Assembly: GCA_963813155.1 (NCBI GenBank)
Contig: CAWEYG010000002.1
Location: 224,001-288,000, forward strand
Length of the DNA stretch: 64,000 nt
Direction of reading: 5' to 3'
From: an uncultured Acidobacteriota bacterium
GTDB taxonomy: Bacteria > Acidobacteriota > Thermoanaerobaculia > UBA5066 > DATFVB01
This document shows, one piece after another, positions 32,185 to 43,200 of this stretch. A program made the translations under genes and the position numbers. The notes beneath the pieces are model-generated. The model was given only the letters and a program-made list of their open reading frames with translations, made no database searches and was not told the origin of the DNA. Each line of letters starts with the position of its first letter. The stretch's first letter is position 1.

Positions 32185-32601
32185 TCAGAGGAGCTCGCTC
32201 TCCGCGAAGAAGAAAGAAACCTCGCGCGCGGCGTTTTCCGGGGAGTCGGAGCCGTGGATCGCGTTTCGCTCGATGTCGGTCCCGTAGAGGTTCCGAATCG
32301 TCCCGGGATCCGCCTTCTTCGAGTCCGTCGCGCCCATCACCTTCCGGAGATGCGCGACCGCCTCCGAGCGCTCCAGCGCCAGGACCCACACGGGCCCTTC
32401 GGTCATGAAAGACACGAGGGCCTGGTAGAACGGCCGGTCCTTGTGCACTTCGTAGAAGGCCAGCGCGAGAGCGGTCGAGAGCCGGACTTTCTTTCCGCCG
32501 ACGAGGCGGAACCCCTCTTTCTCGAGGTGAGCGAGGATCGAGCCGACTTTGCCGGCTTTCACGGAATCGGGTTTCAGGATCGTGAGCGTTCGTTGCGACA
32601 A
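32185..32601 (-). CDS. ndk: Nucleoside diphosphate kinase
   Basis: RTLTILKPD, PGTIR and NAIHGSDS. Confidence 0.96.
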   Translation of the reverse strand: MSQRTLTILKPDSVKAGKVGSILAHLEKEGFRLVGGKKVRLSTALALAFYEVHKDRPFYQALVSFMTEGPVWVLALERSEAVAHLRKVMGATDSKKADPGTIRNLYGTDIERNAIHGSDSPENAAREVSFFFAESELL

Positions 32602-32625
32602 GTTCGAATCTCCTTTTCCTTTTTC

Positions 32626-33528
32626 CTAACCTAACCGCTTTTTCATCGCGCTGCCCAGCTCCGCCGGGCTCTGGACCACCGTGATTCCCGCTTCGGTCAG
32701 CGCTTTCATCTTGTCGGCGGCCGTGCCCCTCCCGCCCGAAATGATCGCCCCGGCGTGCCCCATCCGCCGGCCGGGCGGGGCCGTCTGGCCCGCGATGAAC
32801 GCGACGACCGGCTTCTCGCGCAGGTTCCCCGCGATCCAGCACGCGGCTTCCTCCTCCGCCATCCCGCCGATTTCGCCGATCAGGATCACCCCTTCGGTCC
32901 CGGGATCGTCGCGAAACGCCTGGAGGACGTCGATGAAGTTCGTGCCGTTGACGGGATCTCCGCCGATCCCGACGCACGTCGACTGGCCGAGGCCGAGCTG
33001 CGTGAGCTGGTAGACCGCCTCGTACGTCAGCGTTCCGGAACGCGAAATGACCCCGACGGCTCCCGGCTTGTGGATGCGCCCCGGCATGATCCCGATCTTG
33101 CACTCGCCGGGAGTGATGATGCCGGGGCAATTCGGGCCGATCAACCGGACGGCCTTGGCTCCGCCGGCCGGCGCGCGCGTCGCGAGATCCAGCAGGTAGG
33201 CCTTCACGCGGATCATGTCGTTGACGGGGATTCCTTCGGTGATGCAGACGATGAGGCCCACTCCGGCATCGGCCGCCTCGAGAATCGCGTCCGCGGCGAA
33301 CGGCGGCGGAACGAAGATCATCGAGGCGTTCGCGCCCGTCTCCCGGACGGCGTCGGACACCGTGTTGAAAACGGGAATTCCCTCGTGGAGCGTTCCGCCC
33401 TTCCCGGGCGTCACTCCGGCGACGACCTGCGTGCCGTACTCGCGGCAGGCGAGCGCATGGAAGCTCCCCTCCCGTCCCGTCAGCCCCTGAACGAGAAGGC
33501 GCGTCTGTTTCCCGGCCCAGATCGCCAT
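32626..33528 (-). CDS. sucD: Succinyl-CoA synthetase alpha subunit
   Basis: [26 protein letters not shown] and RMGHAGAI. Confidence 0.96.
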   Translation of the reverse strand: MAIWAGKQTRLLVQGLTGREGSFHALACREYGTQVVAGVTPGKGGTLHEGIPVFNTVSDAVRETGANASMIFVPPPFAADAILEAADAGVGLIVCITEGIPVNDMIRVKAYLLDLATRAPAGGAKAVRLIGPNCPGIITPGECKIGIMPGRIHKPGAVGVISRSGTLTYEAVYQLTQLGLGQSTCVGIGGDPVNGTNFIDVLQAFRDDPGTEGVILIGEIGGMAEEEAACWIAGNLREKPVVAFIAGQTAPPGRRMGHAGAIISGGRGTAADKMKALTEAGITVVQSPAELGSAMKKRLG

Positions 33529-34694
33529 CAGGCCGCCGCTCCGACGGCCAGGCAGACCTTTTTCGCCGCGTCTCCCAGGTCTTCCGCCGGCGTGATCTTG
33601 AGGCCCGATTCCCGAAGGATCTTCTTGCCCTCGTCCACGTTCGTGCCCTCGAGCCGCACGACGACCGGAATCTGCAGGCCCATTTCCGTGACGGCCGCGA
33701 CGACGCCTTTCGCGATGATGTCGCACCGCATGATGCCGCCGAAGATGTTGATGAGCACGGCCTTGACGTTTTTGTCGGAAAGGATGATGCGAAACGCGTT
33801 CTTGACCTGCTCCTCGGACGCGCCGCCGCCGACGTCGAGGAAATTCGCCGGCTCGCCCCCGTGCAGCTTGATGATGTCCATCGTCGCCATGGCGAGGCCC
33901 GCGCCGTTGACCATGCAGCCGACGTTCCCGTCGAGCTTGATGTAGTTGAGGCCGAACTTCGAGGCCTCCACTTCGAGAGGATCTTCCTCGGTGATGTCGC
34001 GCATCTCCTTGATCTCGGGATGGCGGAAGAGCGCGTTGTCGTCGAAGTTCATCTTTGCGTCGAGCGCGAGGATCTCCCCCGACTTCGTCACGACGAGCGG
34101 GTTGATCTCCGCGAGCGACGCGTCAGTTTCTGTATACGCCCGAAAGAGAGCCGGCAGAAAATCGAGCGCCTTCCGGTAGGCCGGACCCTCGAGCCCGAGG
34201 GCGAACGCAAGGCGCCGCGCCTGGAACGGAAGCATCCCGAGCGCCGGCACGAGCGTCTCCCGGAGGATCGCCGACGGGTCTTTCGCGGCGACCTCCTCGA
34301 TCTCCATGCCCCCCGAGCGCGAAATCATGGCGACCGGCTTCGCAGCGCCGCGGTCGAGCGTGATTCCGAGGTAGAGCTCGCGGGCGATGTCGAGCGCCTC
34401 TTCGACGAGGACCTTCCGAACCACGCGCCCCTCGGGGCCGGTCTGGTGCGTGACGAGGGTCATTCCGAGGATCGACTTTGCGGTCTCGTACGCCTCGTCG
34501 GGGTTTTTCGCGAGCTTGACGCCGCCGCCCTTGCCGCGCCCTCCGGCGTGGATCTGGGCCTTCACGACGCAGCGTCCGCCGAACTGTTTCGCGATCTCGC
34601 GCGCCTCGGCGGGGTTGTCGGTCACTTCGCCGCGCGGAATCGCGACGCCGAACTTCTGCAGGAGCAGCTTGGCCTGGTACTCGTGGACTTTCAT
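33528..34694 (-). CDS. sucC: Succinyl-CoA synthetase beta subunit
   Basis: [31 protein letters not shown] and ANFLDVGGG. Confidence 0.97.
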   Translation of the reverse strand: MKVHEYQAKLLLQKFGVAIPRGEVTDNPAEAREIAKQFGGRCVVKAQIHAGGRGKGGGVKLAKNPDEAYETAKSILGMTLVTHQTGPEGRVVRKVLVEEALDIARELYLGITLDRGAAKPVAMISRSGGMEIEEVAAKDPSAILRETLVPALGMLPFQARRLAFALGLEGPAYRKALDFLPALFRAYTETDASLAEINPLVVTKSGEILALDAKMNFDDNALFRHPEIKEMRDITEEDPLEVEASKFGLNYIKLDGNVGCMVNGAGLAMATMDIIKLHGGEPANFLDVGGGASEEQVKNAFRIILSDKNVKAVLINIFGGIMRCDIIAKGVVAAVTEMGLQIPVVVRLEGTNVDEGKKILRESGLKITPAEDLGDAAKKVCLAVGAAA

Positions 34695-34770
34695 CGCGCT
34701 TCGTTCACCAAACGCGCCATTCTAGCAGGCAACTTCTTCGAGCACCCGCGCGCCGGCCCGATCGCGGCAG

Positions 34771-34851
34771 GCCCAGCGCCGCTCGGCAAGTCTCTTCGAC
34801 CCTCGGCCGCAGTTCGCTTTCCCTCGGGATCTCAGAGCCGGCCTGCGCCGG
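34771..34851. repeat. Family-2 hairpin element, copy 2 (inverted, sdhB-sucC intergenic)
   Basis: Reverse complement reads CCGGCGCAGGCCGGCTCTGAGATCCCGAGGGAAAGCGAACTGCGGCCGAGGGTCGAAGAGACTTGCCGAGCGGCGCTGGGC, near-identical to 29501-29585. Confidence 0.85.
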
Positions 34852-35059
34852 CGCGTTAGCCCCAGCCGCTCTCGGACCTTCGCTCGCGGAACTCGGCACT
34901 CCGGTGCGAGCCGAAGGACGGCGGCGACGGACGGCGGGGCCCGTTTGTGCGCGGTCCGCATGTCGTAGCCCGAGTCCGCTGGGCGACAGCGCGCAACCGG
35001 GGTACGTCCGGAGCGCAAGCAGGGCGCTGAGGCTAGCCGCGACTCGGGCCGAGCGAAGT

Positions 35060-35812
35060 TCACTTCCCGAATATGTTCTTGAGCGCCTGCATCGTCGTCG
35101 CGCGGTAGATCGCCGCGATCGACGTCGTCAGCGGAATCGACTTCGGGCAGACGCGCACGCAGTTCTGCGCGTTGCCGCAGTCGTTGATGCCTCCCTCTCC
35201 CATGACCGCCTCGAGCCGCTCGGCGGCGTTCATCTTTCCCGTCGGGTGCGAGTTGAACAGGGCGACCTGCGAAATCGCGGCGGCGCCGATGAAGTCGGAA
35301 CGGTCGTTGACCTGCGGACAGACGTCGAGGCAGTTGCCGCACGTGATGCACTGCGACAGGTGGTACGCGACTTCCCGCTCCGCCTCCGCCATGCGGGGGC
35401 CGGGCCCCAGGTCGTGCGTTCCGTCGATCGGGATCCACGCCTGAACGCGCTTGAGCGCGTCGAACATCCGGGACCGGTCGACCGCGAGGTCCCGCACGAC
35501 GGGGAATTTCGCGAGCGGTTCGATGACGATCGGCTGCTCCAGCGAGTCGACGAGCGCCGTGCAGCCCATCCGCGAAACGCCGTTGATCCGCATCGCGCAC
35601 GATCCGCACACCTCTTCGAGGCAGGCCGAGTCGTAGCAGACCGGCGAGGACTTCTTCCCGCCGCTGTCGACGGGGTTGCGCGCGTACGCCATCAGGCAGG
35701 CGAGCACGTTCATCATCGGAACGTGCGGAATCTCGAACTCCTCCCAGTACGACGGGGAATTCGGGGCGTCCTGGCGCTTCACGCGGACCCGGATCGTCTT
35801 TGCTTCAGGCAA
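35060..35812 (-). CDS. sdhB: Succinate dehydrogenase iron-sulfur subunit
   Basis: CLEEVCGSC, CITCGNCLDVCP and CGNAQNCVRVCPK. Confidence 0.95.
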   Translation of the reverse strand: MPEAKTIRVRVKRQDAPNSPSYWEEFEIPHVPMMNVLACLMAYARNPVDSGGKKSSPVCYDSACLEEVCGSCAMRINGVSRMGCTALVDSLEQPIVIEPLAKFPVVRDLAVDRSRMFDALKRVQAWIPIDGTHDLGPGPRMAEAEREVAYHLSQCITCGNCLDVCPQVNDRSDFIGAAAISQVALFNSHPTGKMNAAERLEAVMGEGGINDCGNAQNCVRVCPKSIPLTTSIAAIYRATTMQALKNIFGK

Positions 35813-35813
35813 T

Positions 35814-37652
35814 TCAGTACTTCCTCGCCCGGGGCGTGATCTCGCCCGAATCGACGGGCCGGTACGAAATCTTCGGGCCGTCCGCCGAGTATTCGGCGAT
35901 CGTCGTTTTCAGGAAGTTCGCGTCGTCGCGCGGAAGGGCGTTCTCCCCCTCGAGCGGAAGCCCGAGATCCTTGACCTTGAAGTGGGCGCCGCGGGACTCG
36001 TTGCGGAGCAGCGCTCCCTTCGTGATGACGCGCGCGAGGTGAAGCATGTTCGTGAGCTGGTTCAAGAACGCGATCTCGCGGTTCGCGAACGTCGACGAAT
36101 CCGTCAGCTCGCAGTTCTTCCAGCGTTCCCCGAGCTCTTCGATCTTGTCGAGCGTCTGCTGGAGCTTTCCGTTCTCCCGCACCACGGTCACATTATCGGT
36201 CATCGTCTCGCCGAGCTCGTCGGAGAGCACGTGCGGGTTCTCTTTCCCCTTCATCCGCGCGAGCCCCGCAAACGTCTCCTGCCATTTCCTGCGGCCCGCT
36301 TCCAGCGCCGCTCCCGCGTCGGGGAGCTTCGAGGAGACTTCCCGCGCGTGGCGAACCATCGCGGGGCCGCCGATCCGGCCGGAGTAGATGCAGGACAGCA
36401 ACGAGTTGGCTCCAAGTCGATTCGCCCCGTGGTACGCGAAATCGACTTCGCCCGCGGCGTAGAGGCCGGGGATGTTCGTCGCCTGGTTCTTCGCCGACCC
36501 CTCGACGATGCCGCCGGACTTTTCGTCCTTCTCGAACGACGTCCAGAGACCTCCCATCGAGTAGTGCATACCCGGGAAGACCTTCATCGGCTCGCGCCGC
36601 GGGTCGACGCCGACGAACTTTTCGTAGATCTCCAGGATCCCGCCGAGCTTGCGGTCGATGTCGGCCTTCGGGAGGTGCGTGAGGTCGAGGTAGACCTCGC
36701 GCTTCCCGTCGATGCCCTTTCCGTCGAGGCAGATCTTGAAGATCTCCCGCGTCGCGATGTCGCGCGGGACGAGGTTTCCGTACGCGGGAAACTTCTCTTC
36801 GAGGAAGTACCAGCGGTCCGACTCGGGGATCGAGGTCGCCTCGCGCCGGTCGCCGACCGTGCGCGGCACCCACATCCGCCCGCCTTCGCCGCGGGCGGAT
36901 TCGGACATCAGGCGCAGCTTGTCCTGGCCCGGGATGCTCGTCGGGTGGACCTGGATGAACTCGCCGTTCGCGTACCAGGCGCCCTCCGCGTAGCAGGCGC
37001 CGGCCGCGGAGCCCGTGTTGATGACCGAATTCGTGGATTTGCCGAACACGATCCCGGGACCGCCCGTCGCCATCATCACGGCGGAAGCCGGGAACGCCTC
37101 GATCTTCATCGATTCCCAGTCGAGAGCGACGATCCCGCGGCAGTTGCCCGAGTCGTCGCGCACGAGGCCGAGAAACTCCCAGTACTCGTACTTGCGCACG
37201 AGGCCGCCCGCCTCGTGACGCCGCACCTGCTCGTCCAGCGCGTACAGCAGCTGCTGTCCCGTCGTCGCGCCCGCGTACGCCGTGCGATGATGTTTCGTCC
37301 CGCCGAACCGGCGAAAATCGAGCAGACCTTCCGGCGTCCGGTTGAACATCACGCCCATCCGGTCGAGCAGGTTGATCACCTGCGGCGCCGCGTAGCACAT
37401 GCCCTTGACGGGAGGCTGGTCGGCCAGGAAATCTCCGCCGTAGATCGTGTCGTCGAAGTGGATCTGGGGCGAGTCGCCCTCCCCCTTCGTGTTCACGGCG
37501 CCGTTGATGCCGCCCTGCGCGCACACGGAGTGGGACCGTTTCACGGGGACGATCGAGAAGAGATCGACGGGGACGCCCGCCTCCGCCGACTTGATCGCGG
37601 TCATCAGCCCCGCGAGGCCTCCGCCGACGATGACGAGCCGCTCGCTACCCAC
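35814..37652 (-). CDS. sdhA: Succinate dehydrogenase flavoprotein subunit
   Basis: GGGLAG, RSHSVCAQGG, HYSMGG, HGANRLGANSL and ESRGAH. Confidence 0.96.
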   Translation of the reverse strand: MGSERLVIVGGGLAGLMTAIKSAEAGVPVDLFSIVPVKRSHSVCAQGGINGAVNTKGEGDSPQIHFDDTIYGGDFLADQPPVKGMCYAAPQVINLLDRMGVMFNRTPEGLLDFRRFGGTKHHRTAYAGATTGQQLLYALDEQVRRHEAGGLVRKYEYWEFLGLVRDDSGNCRGIVALDWESMKIEAFPASAVMMATGGPGIVFGKSTNSVINTGSAAGACYAEGAWYANGEFIQVHPTSIPGQDKLRLMSESARGEGGRMWVPRTVGDRREATSIPESDRWYFLEEKFPAYGNLVPRDIATREIFKICLDGKGIDGKREVYLDLTHLPKADIDRKLGGILEIYEKFVGVDPRREPMKVFPGMHYSMGGLWTSFEKDEKSGGIVEGSAKNQATNIPGLYAAGEVDFAYHGANRLGANSLLSCIYSGRIGGPAMVRHAREVSSKLPDAGAALEAGRRKWQETFAGLARMKGKENPHVLSDELGETMTDNVTVVRENGKLQQTLDKIEELGERWKNCELTDSSTFANREIAFLNQLTNMLHLARVITKGALLRNESRGAHFKVKDLGLPLEGENALPRDDANFLKTTIAEYSADGPKISYRPVDSGEITPRARKY

Positions 37653-37662
37653 GACACGCACT

Positions 37663-37764
37663 CCCCCTCTCCCCTTGCGGGAGAGGGCCGGGGTGAGGGG
37701 TGGCGACCGTGGGCACCCTCACCCGGCGCGCGTACGCGCCACCCTCTCCCATCGAGGGAGAGGG
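37663..37764. repeat. Family-3 repeat doublet between sdhC and sdhA
   Basis: CCCTCTCCC CTTGC GGGAGAGGG CCG GGGTGAGGG, short spacer, CCCTCACCC, hairpin, CCCTCTCCC ATCGA GGGAGAGGG. Confidence 0.9.
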
Positions 37765-37780
37765 AATTCGGAGGTCGGCT

Positions 37781-38399
37781 CTATGTGAACGCAAAGATCG
37801 CCCTCACTCCGATGTAGCTGAGCACGACAAACACCGCGACCGAGACGTACTCCAGCCATTTCTGCGAGCGCGGGGACACCGTGATGCCCCAGACGATGCA
37901 GAAAGACCAGATGCCGTTCGCGAGGTGAAACGTGGCGGACAGGATGCCGAGGATCGTGAACGCGAGAAGCCACCGGTTCGCGACGATGCCCGCGACCTGC
38001 GCGTAGAGGTTCAGCTCTTCGTGGTTCACGACGTGGACGAAGCGGGTCGTCCAGAGGTGGAACAAGGATGTACGCGAAGAGGATCACGCCCGACACCCTC
38101 TGCAGGTTGTACATCCAGTTGCGGACGTAGGACTTCTGGTTCGGCGCGGCCGTCGCGGTGATGAAGAGCCCGTAGATGCCGTGGAAGAAGATGGGAACGC
38201 CGATGACGGCGATCTCGATCGCGAGCGAAAACGGCATCACCTGGAGCTTGTGGGCGACCTCGTTGTAGTGATCCGCGCCCTTCAGGGCCGCATAGTTTTC
38301 GTACAGGTGAAACGCGAGGAACCCGCCGATCGGGACGATGCCCGCCAGCGAGTGCAGCCGGTGAAGCCAGAAGTTGCGTTCGTCGCGGGGGGCTAGCAC
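37781..38399 (-). CDS. sdhC: Succinate dehydrogenase cytochrome b558 subunit, frameshift near 38065
   Basis: RLHSLAGIVPIGGFLAFHL, FHGIYG, LQRVSG, then FHLWTTR and FHLANGIWSF..WGI. Confidence 0.92.
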
Positions 38400-38403
38400 G
38401 ACA

Positions 38404-38506
38404 ACCTCACCCCGGCCTCACGGCCACCCCTCTCCATGTGGAGAGGGGAAGCGATCCCCACTCCTGCACCCCCTCTCCAACTGGAGAGGGGGATGGGGGG
38501 TGAGGT
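38404..38506. repeat. Family-3 repeat doublet (opposite arrangement) between mdh and sdhC
   Basis: ACCTCACCCC...CCCCTCTCC ATGT GGAGAGGGG, spacer, CCCCCTCTCC AACT GGAGAGGGGG...GGGGTGAGGT. Confidence 0.88.
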
Positions 38507-39432
38507 CACACCTTCAGCAGGTCGCACAGCTCTTTCACCGCGTCCGCCGACTTCTTCAATCCCGCCTTTTCCTCGGCGGTCAGCTCGATCTGGATCACTT
38601 CCTCCGCGCCGCGCCTTCCGAGCTTCACCGGCACGCCGATGAAAAGGTCGCGGTAGCCGTACTCGCCGTTGAGGCTCACGGCGCACGGCAGGATCTTCTT
38701 CTTGTCCCGCAGGATCGCGTCGACCATCTCGACGACGGCGGAAGAAGGCGCGTAATAGGCCGAGCCGGTTTTGAGGTAGTTGACGATCTCGGCGCCGCCG
38801 TTTCGCGTGCGATCGACGATCTGGGCGACCTTCTCGGGGGACAGGAGCTCCGTGATCGGGATGCCCGCGACCGTCGAGTAGCGCGGCAGCGGCACCATCG
38901 TGTCGCCGTGGCCGCCCAGGACGAACGCGTGCGTGTTCTCGACGGAGACGTTCAGCGCCTCCGCGATGAACCAGCGCATGCGGGCGGAATCGAGGATCCC
39001 CGCCATGCCGATCACCCTCTCGCGGGGAAGCTTCGTGACGCGCTTGACGACTTCGCACATCGCGTCGAGCGGGTTCGAGACGACGATGAAGATCGCCTCG
39101 CGCGAATGCCGGAAGGCTTCCCGGCACACGGCTCCGACGATCTCCGTGTTCTTGTGGAGAAGGTCGTCGCGCGACATGCCGGGCTTGCGGGCGAGGCCGG
39201 CCGTGATGACGACGACGTCGGACCCGGCGCTCGCCTCGTACGTGTTCGAGCCGGAGATCATCGCGCCGAACTTCTCGACCGGCGCGGACTCCATCATGTC
39301 GAGCGCTTTGCCCTGCGGCAGGCCCTCGACGACGTCGATGAGGCAGACGTCGGCGATCTCCCGCTCGACGAGGCGCTGGGCGGCCGTGGCGCCCACGTTT
39401 CCCCCGCCGATGACGGTGACCTTGTGCTGCAT
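38506..39432 (-). CDS. mdh: Malate dehydrogenase (LDH-like)
   Basis: [32 protein letters not shown] and LGGHGD. Confidence 0.96.
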   Translation of the reverse strand: MQHKVTVIGGGNVGATAAQRLVEREIADVCLIDVVEGLPQGKALDMMESAPVEKFGAMISGSNTYEASAGSDVVVITAGLARKPGMSRDDLLHKNTEIVGAVCREAFRHSREAIFIVVSNPLDAMCEVVKRVTKLPRERVIGMAGILDSARMRWFIAEALNVSVENTHAFVLGGHGDTMVPLPRYSTVAGIPITELLSPEKVAQIVDRTRNGGAEIVNYLKTGSAYYAPSSAVVEMVDAILRDKKKILPCAVSLNGEYGYRDLFIGVPVKLGRRGAEEVIQIELTAEEKAGLKKSADAVKELCDLLKV

Positions 39433-39484
39433 GCGAATCGGAATCTTATCGCAAGAGAAATTTTTCACAAGCGGGGAGCAGATG

Positions 39485-39554
39485 CCCCTCTCCTGGTGCT
39501 CACGCACCACCCTCTCCCTTGAGGGAGAGGGCAAGCGAAGCGCGGGAGAGGGGG
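39485..39554. repeat. Family-3 repeat downstream of the DUF559 gene
   Basis: CCCCTCTCCT GGTGCTCACGCACC ACCCTCTCCC TTGA GGGAGAGGG CAAGCGAAGCGC GGGAGAGGGGG. Confidence 0.88.
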
Positions 39555-39570
39555 AACCCTGGCTACGCCG

Positions 39571-39927
39571 TCACGTTGAGAGAGCGTGAACGATTCTCTG
39601 GCAGACGCCTTCGGGATTCTTCACGAGCTCGTTGTTCCAGAACCGAAGAATTCGAATGCCCTGACTGGCCAGATATTGAGTTCGTTGATCGTCATAGGCG
39701 CGCTGATCGTCGAGAGCATGCCCTCCGCCGTCGAGCTCGATCGCCACTTTCGCTTCGAAACAGTAGAAATCCAGGATGTAGGGCCCCACTGGCTGCTGGC
39801 GCCGAAACTTGAATCCCGCAAGGTGTTTCCTGCGAAGGAAGTTCCAAAGTTTTTGCTCGGCTTCCGTCGGCGCCCTGCGCATCGATTTGGCGTGAATTCG
39901 AGTGGACCTGGCGACGCGAGGCATCAT
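39571..39927 (-). CDS. DUF559 (Vsr-like) endonuclease domain protein
   Basis: AKSMRRAPTEAEQKLW..LR, KFRRQQPVGPYILDFYC, IELDGGGH and D..RT.YL...GIRILRFWN. Confidence 0.92.
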   Translation of the reverse strand: MMPRVARSTRIHAKSMRRAPTEAEQKLWNFLRRKHLAGFKFRRQQPVGPYILDFYCFEAKVAIELDGGGHALDDQRAYDDQRTQYLASQGIRILRFWNNELVKNPEGVCQRIVHALST

Positions 39928-39945
39928 GAAGACTTTATCGCGACG

Positions 39946-40047
39946 CCCCCTCTCCCGGTGCTCACGCATCCCCCTCTCCCTCGAGGGCAGCCTTAAGAAG
40001 ACGCGTAAACGCGGGAGGGAAGAGCGCCGCAGGCTAGAGAGAGGGGG
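39946..40047. repeat. Family-3 repeat upstream of the DUF559 gene (one arm disrupted)
   Basis: The first ~42 bp (CCCCTCTCCCGGTGCTCACGCATCCCCCTCTCCCTCGAGGG) directly repeat 39485-39525. Confidence 0.8.
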
Positions 40048-40070
40048 ACGACCCGCCGACCGGGGGGCCC

Positions 40071-40099
40071 AAAAGGAACGGCGCCCGGTGAGGGCGCCG
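40071..40099 (-). terminator. Rho-independent terminator downstream of the pilY1-like operon
   Basis: Minus strand CGGCGCCC TCACC GGGCGCCG followed by TTCCTTTT. Confidence 0.65.
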
Positions 40100-40201
40100 C
40101 TGCTTCGTCCGAAGAATCAACCGATGCCTAACCGCTTACCGGTCTCCCAAATCGAGCAATCGCGCACATGAGACCGCGAGCGAAGCGATGCCACCACACT
40201 T

Positions 40202-40249
40202 CCCTCGCCCCTCGGGAGAGGGTGGCGGGCAACGCCCGCCGGGTGAGGG
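40202..40249. repeat. Family-3 single unit
   Basis: CCCTCGCCC CTC GGGAGAGGG T GGCGGGC AAC GCCCGCC GGGTGAGGG. Confidence 0.8.
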
Positions 40250-40276
40250 CGTCACGCAATCTCGAAATCATCGCCT

Positions 40277-43200
40277 CTACTGCTCCTTCCAGGACTTGAT
40301 CTTCACCGGAGTCGCATTGATCGACTGAAGCGTATCGAAGTTGACGGTATCACCGATGGAAATCGCCCTCATGCCCGATACGCCCTGTCCGGCACTCAGC
40401 GTCGTACCGTCCGACCGCTGGAAAGGGAAATGGGTACCGGCCGCGGTGTAGTAGTACACAACCGGGTCGCTCAGCAACTCGGTGTTGTTCCCATAGGCAC
40501 TCGGGAGAACCGGGTTGTTGCTCGAATTGACGACGTCGCTGACCCCAGTGGACGAGTTGAGAATCCACGCGAAAGCGCTCCCCTTCAGCTGACAGGCGCC
40601 AGCTACGTCAGGCAAATGAAGAAAGGTATTGAAAAAGAGAGTGTTGTTATTGTACACGCTCGTCGTATTGACGATTTGGGCGCCGGCCGTTCCAACCGGG
40701 AGCTGAAAATAGAACCCGTTCTTCTGCAGGCACGTGTTCGCACTTGAACACGAGGTCGTGTTTGTCGGACTCGTCAGATCGAGGTCGCCCGTGCCCCCAT
40801 AGACGTTTTCAAATAGCGGAAGCGTCGATTTCACAGGGGGATCGACAAGAACAACGTACGAGTTCGCCCGCGTGTCGGTCAAGATCGGCATGTTGTCCCG
40901 ATCTCCCGTGCCGAATGCGATCGCAAGCTTCGGAACGCCGGTCGACGTGGCGCCAATAATATAAACCGCCGGCGCCTGGAAAATTGGTTGCCGGACGAGC
41001 CCCGGAAACTGGGTCGTCAACAATGCGCTGGTCGAAGAGCTGTATTGATCGAAAAAGAGGGCGGGATTCCAGCTGGTGTCGGAATCTGAAATCCGCGCGT
41101 TTACCGTGTCGAACTGAGCTGGTGTCTCGAGCGCAACCTTCCAGAGTCTGCCCTGAGTGTCGCCAATATAGATCCGGTCGACATACCCGTCCAGATTGTA
41201 ATCAACGACAGCAGGCTCCGACGGAACTGCCGCCGGAAGGTTACCGGCCGAGGACGCGGAGCTCGTACCGGTGCTCCAGTTGCCGAGATTCCGCTTGTAG
41301 ATCACCTTTCCCGTCTCGACATCGATCATGTAAAGAAAATTGCCGGTTTGCCCACCGTTGTTCGTATTCGCGATTCCCGTCCCCGCGTTCTGATAACCAC
41401 CGCCGACAATCGCGACAAAGAAGTCTCGGAACACCGCAGTGCTCGTGTTGCAATTCGAAGTGCAGGTCTTGACCCGGCCGATGATGGGTCGCGACCAGGT
41501 CATTCCCATGTCCTGGGTATTGGCTTCCGTGGAAGCAGCCGTCTCCGTCGGGACCTGGGTAGCCGTCAACGAGCTCGGCTGATTCTGGTCGCCGATCTCC
41601 CAGAGAACCATGGGGTAGCTGTAAGTGCAACCGCTCGGGGCGGCGCCGAGCGTACCGCTGCCCGGAGCATTCACGAGACATTCCGGCGCTCCAACGAATC
41701 CGGATGTAGCGGTCGAGCTTTCGTGATTCGCCTTGTCGGGGTCCGTCACATCCAAAGCGAAGATCGTTCCGCCATTTCCGGAATTTCCGGTGGAAACGGT
41801 TATTCCGCCCTCGCGCTCAACCCCCACGACGACCGTCCGCCAATTGTGCGTTGCATCGGTTGAGACGGAGGTCGGAGGAACGACGCCGGTCGGAGTTCCG
41901 CCGACGTTGGCAAGATTGATGTAGACATCATCGACTTCGCTCGAGCCATCCAGCGTGTAGTCCTGCGTCGTCGTGTGAGTCAGCACGTCGAACTTTCGGA
42001 GAGCAGCGCGCGGGACGTAGGCAAAGATCTCTCGCCCGGAGCCCAGGTCGTTTTCGTTGGGGAATGCGAGAGTCTGGCTCCCCCCCGAGGTGAACGTCGA
42101 GGTGTCGCCGTTGTAGACGCCGATGTCGAAAGCGTGGAAGGTTCCGTCGTTGGCGCCGGCGAAAAGAACCTTCCGCCGGTATCGATGCGCGGCCTTGAAG
42201 TCGGCGTACGAGTGACCGTAGTTCGAGTAAAGGCCGGGAGTCGAAGCATTCGCGTCGAGCGTGAAAAGGTAGTCCGGGTCGTTTGGATAGGACGCGACCG
42301 CGGGATTCGAATGAAAGATGTCTCCCATCACGTCGGTGCCGTAACACGGAGTCGCGGTATTGACGATCGTGTTCCCGGAGGAGTCCTTGGTCGAAGCCAG
42401 AGAAGCGCACGTTGTGTTCGTCGCGCTGAATCCAATCAATTTCAGCGCTTCGACGACCGGATCCCGGTTGCCACGGAAGAAGGAGAAGTCATTCTGTGTC
42501 GCCTGATCGAGCGAGCTCTCCCCCGACAACGGCGCGCCTGTCGTGGCTCCGACCGCGAGGTAGCTTGACGAGGATTGGACGAAACTCCACCAGGACGGCA
42601 GCGTCGAAGGGGGACTCGGCGGCGTATAGGGCTCCGTCGTCGCATTCCCGCCGCTTCCCGTGGGAAGCTGAATGATGCATTCGACGTGATTTGTGGACGG
42701 GCAATTCGCATCTCCCGGTTTGAGGCTGAAGAAGATGCTCCGGCCAACCTGACCCGTCGCCTGGTCGTGAACCGAGTCACTCCAAGCTGTCCCCGCGGAA
42801 AGGACCTGCGTCGGGTCGGTAAGGCTGGAGACGCCGAGGATTCCAAAGCTTCCCGAAAAGTCGCTCGGCTTGTTTCCCGCATCCCAGATCAGACTCCCCG
42901 ATGCGGGAGACGTGCCCGTCGCATAGGTCCATGTGGTCTGAAGAGGGAAGCCATTCGAGTCGAGCTGAATCTTCCCGGTCGTCGGATCCAGGAAATACGC
43001 CCGCAGGTGCCCCGACCAGAGAGAATGGTTGTCGTGAGGGTTGAAGACGGACAGGTAAGCAATACCTTCCGAGCTGGCGGACACCGACGGAATCGTCGCG
43101 GTCGCGAAATCGCGCGTCGCTGTATTCAGCTGCCCCAAAATCGATTTCAAGTCTGCCTGCAAGCCATCGGAATCGGTTGCTTCGAAGTAGCCCTGCTGAC

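Noticed and set aside
31058-33130. 690-aa ORF as one protein
   Set aside because: The N-terminal half overlaps sucD and ndk in other frames. Only the VWA part from ~32092 is credible.
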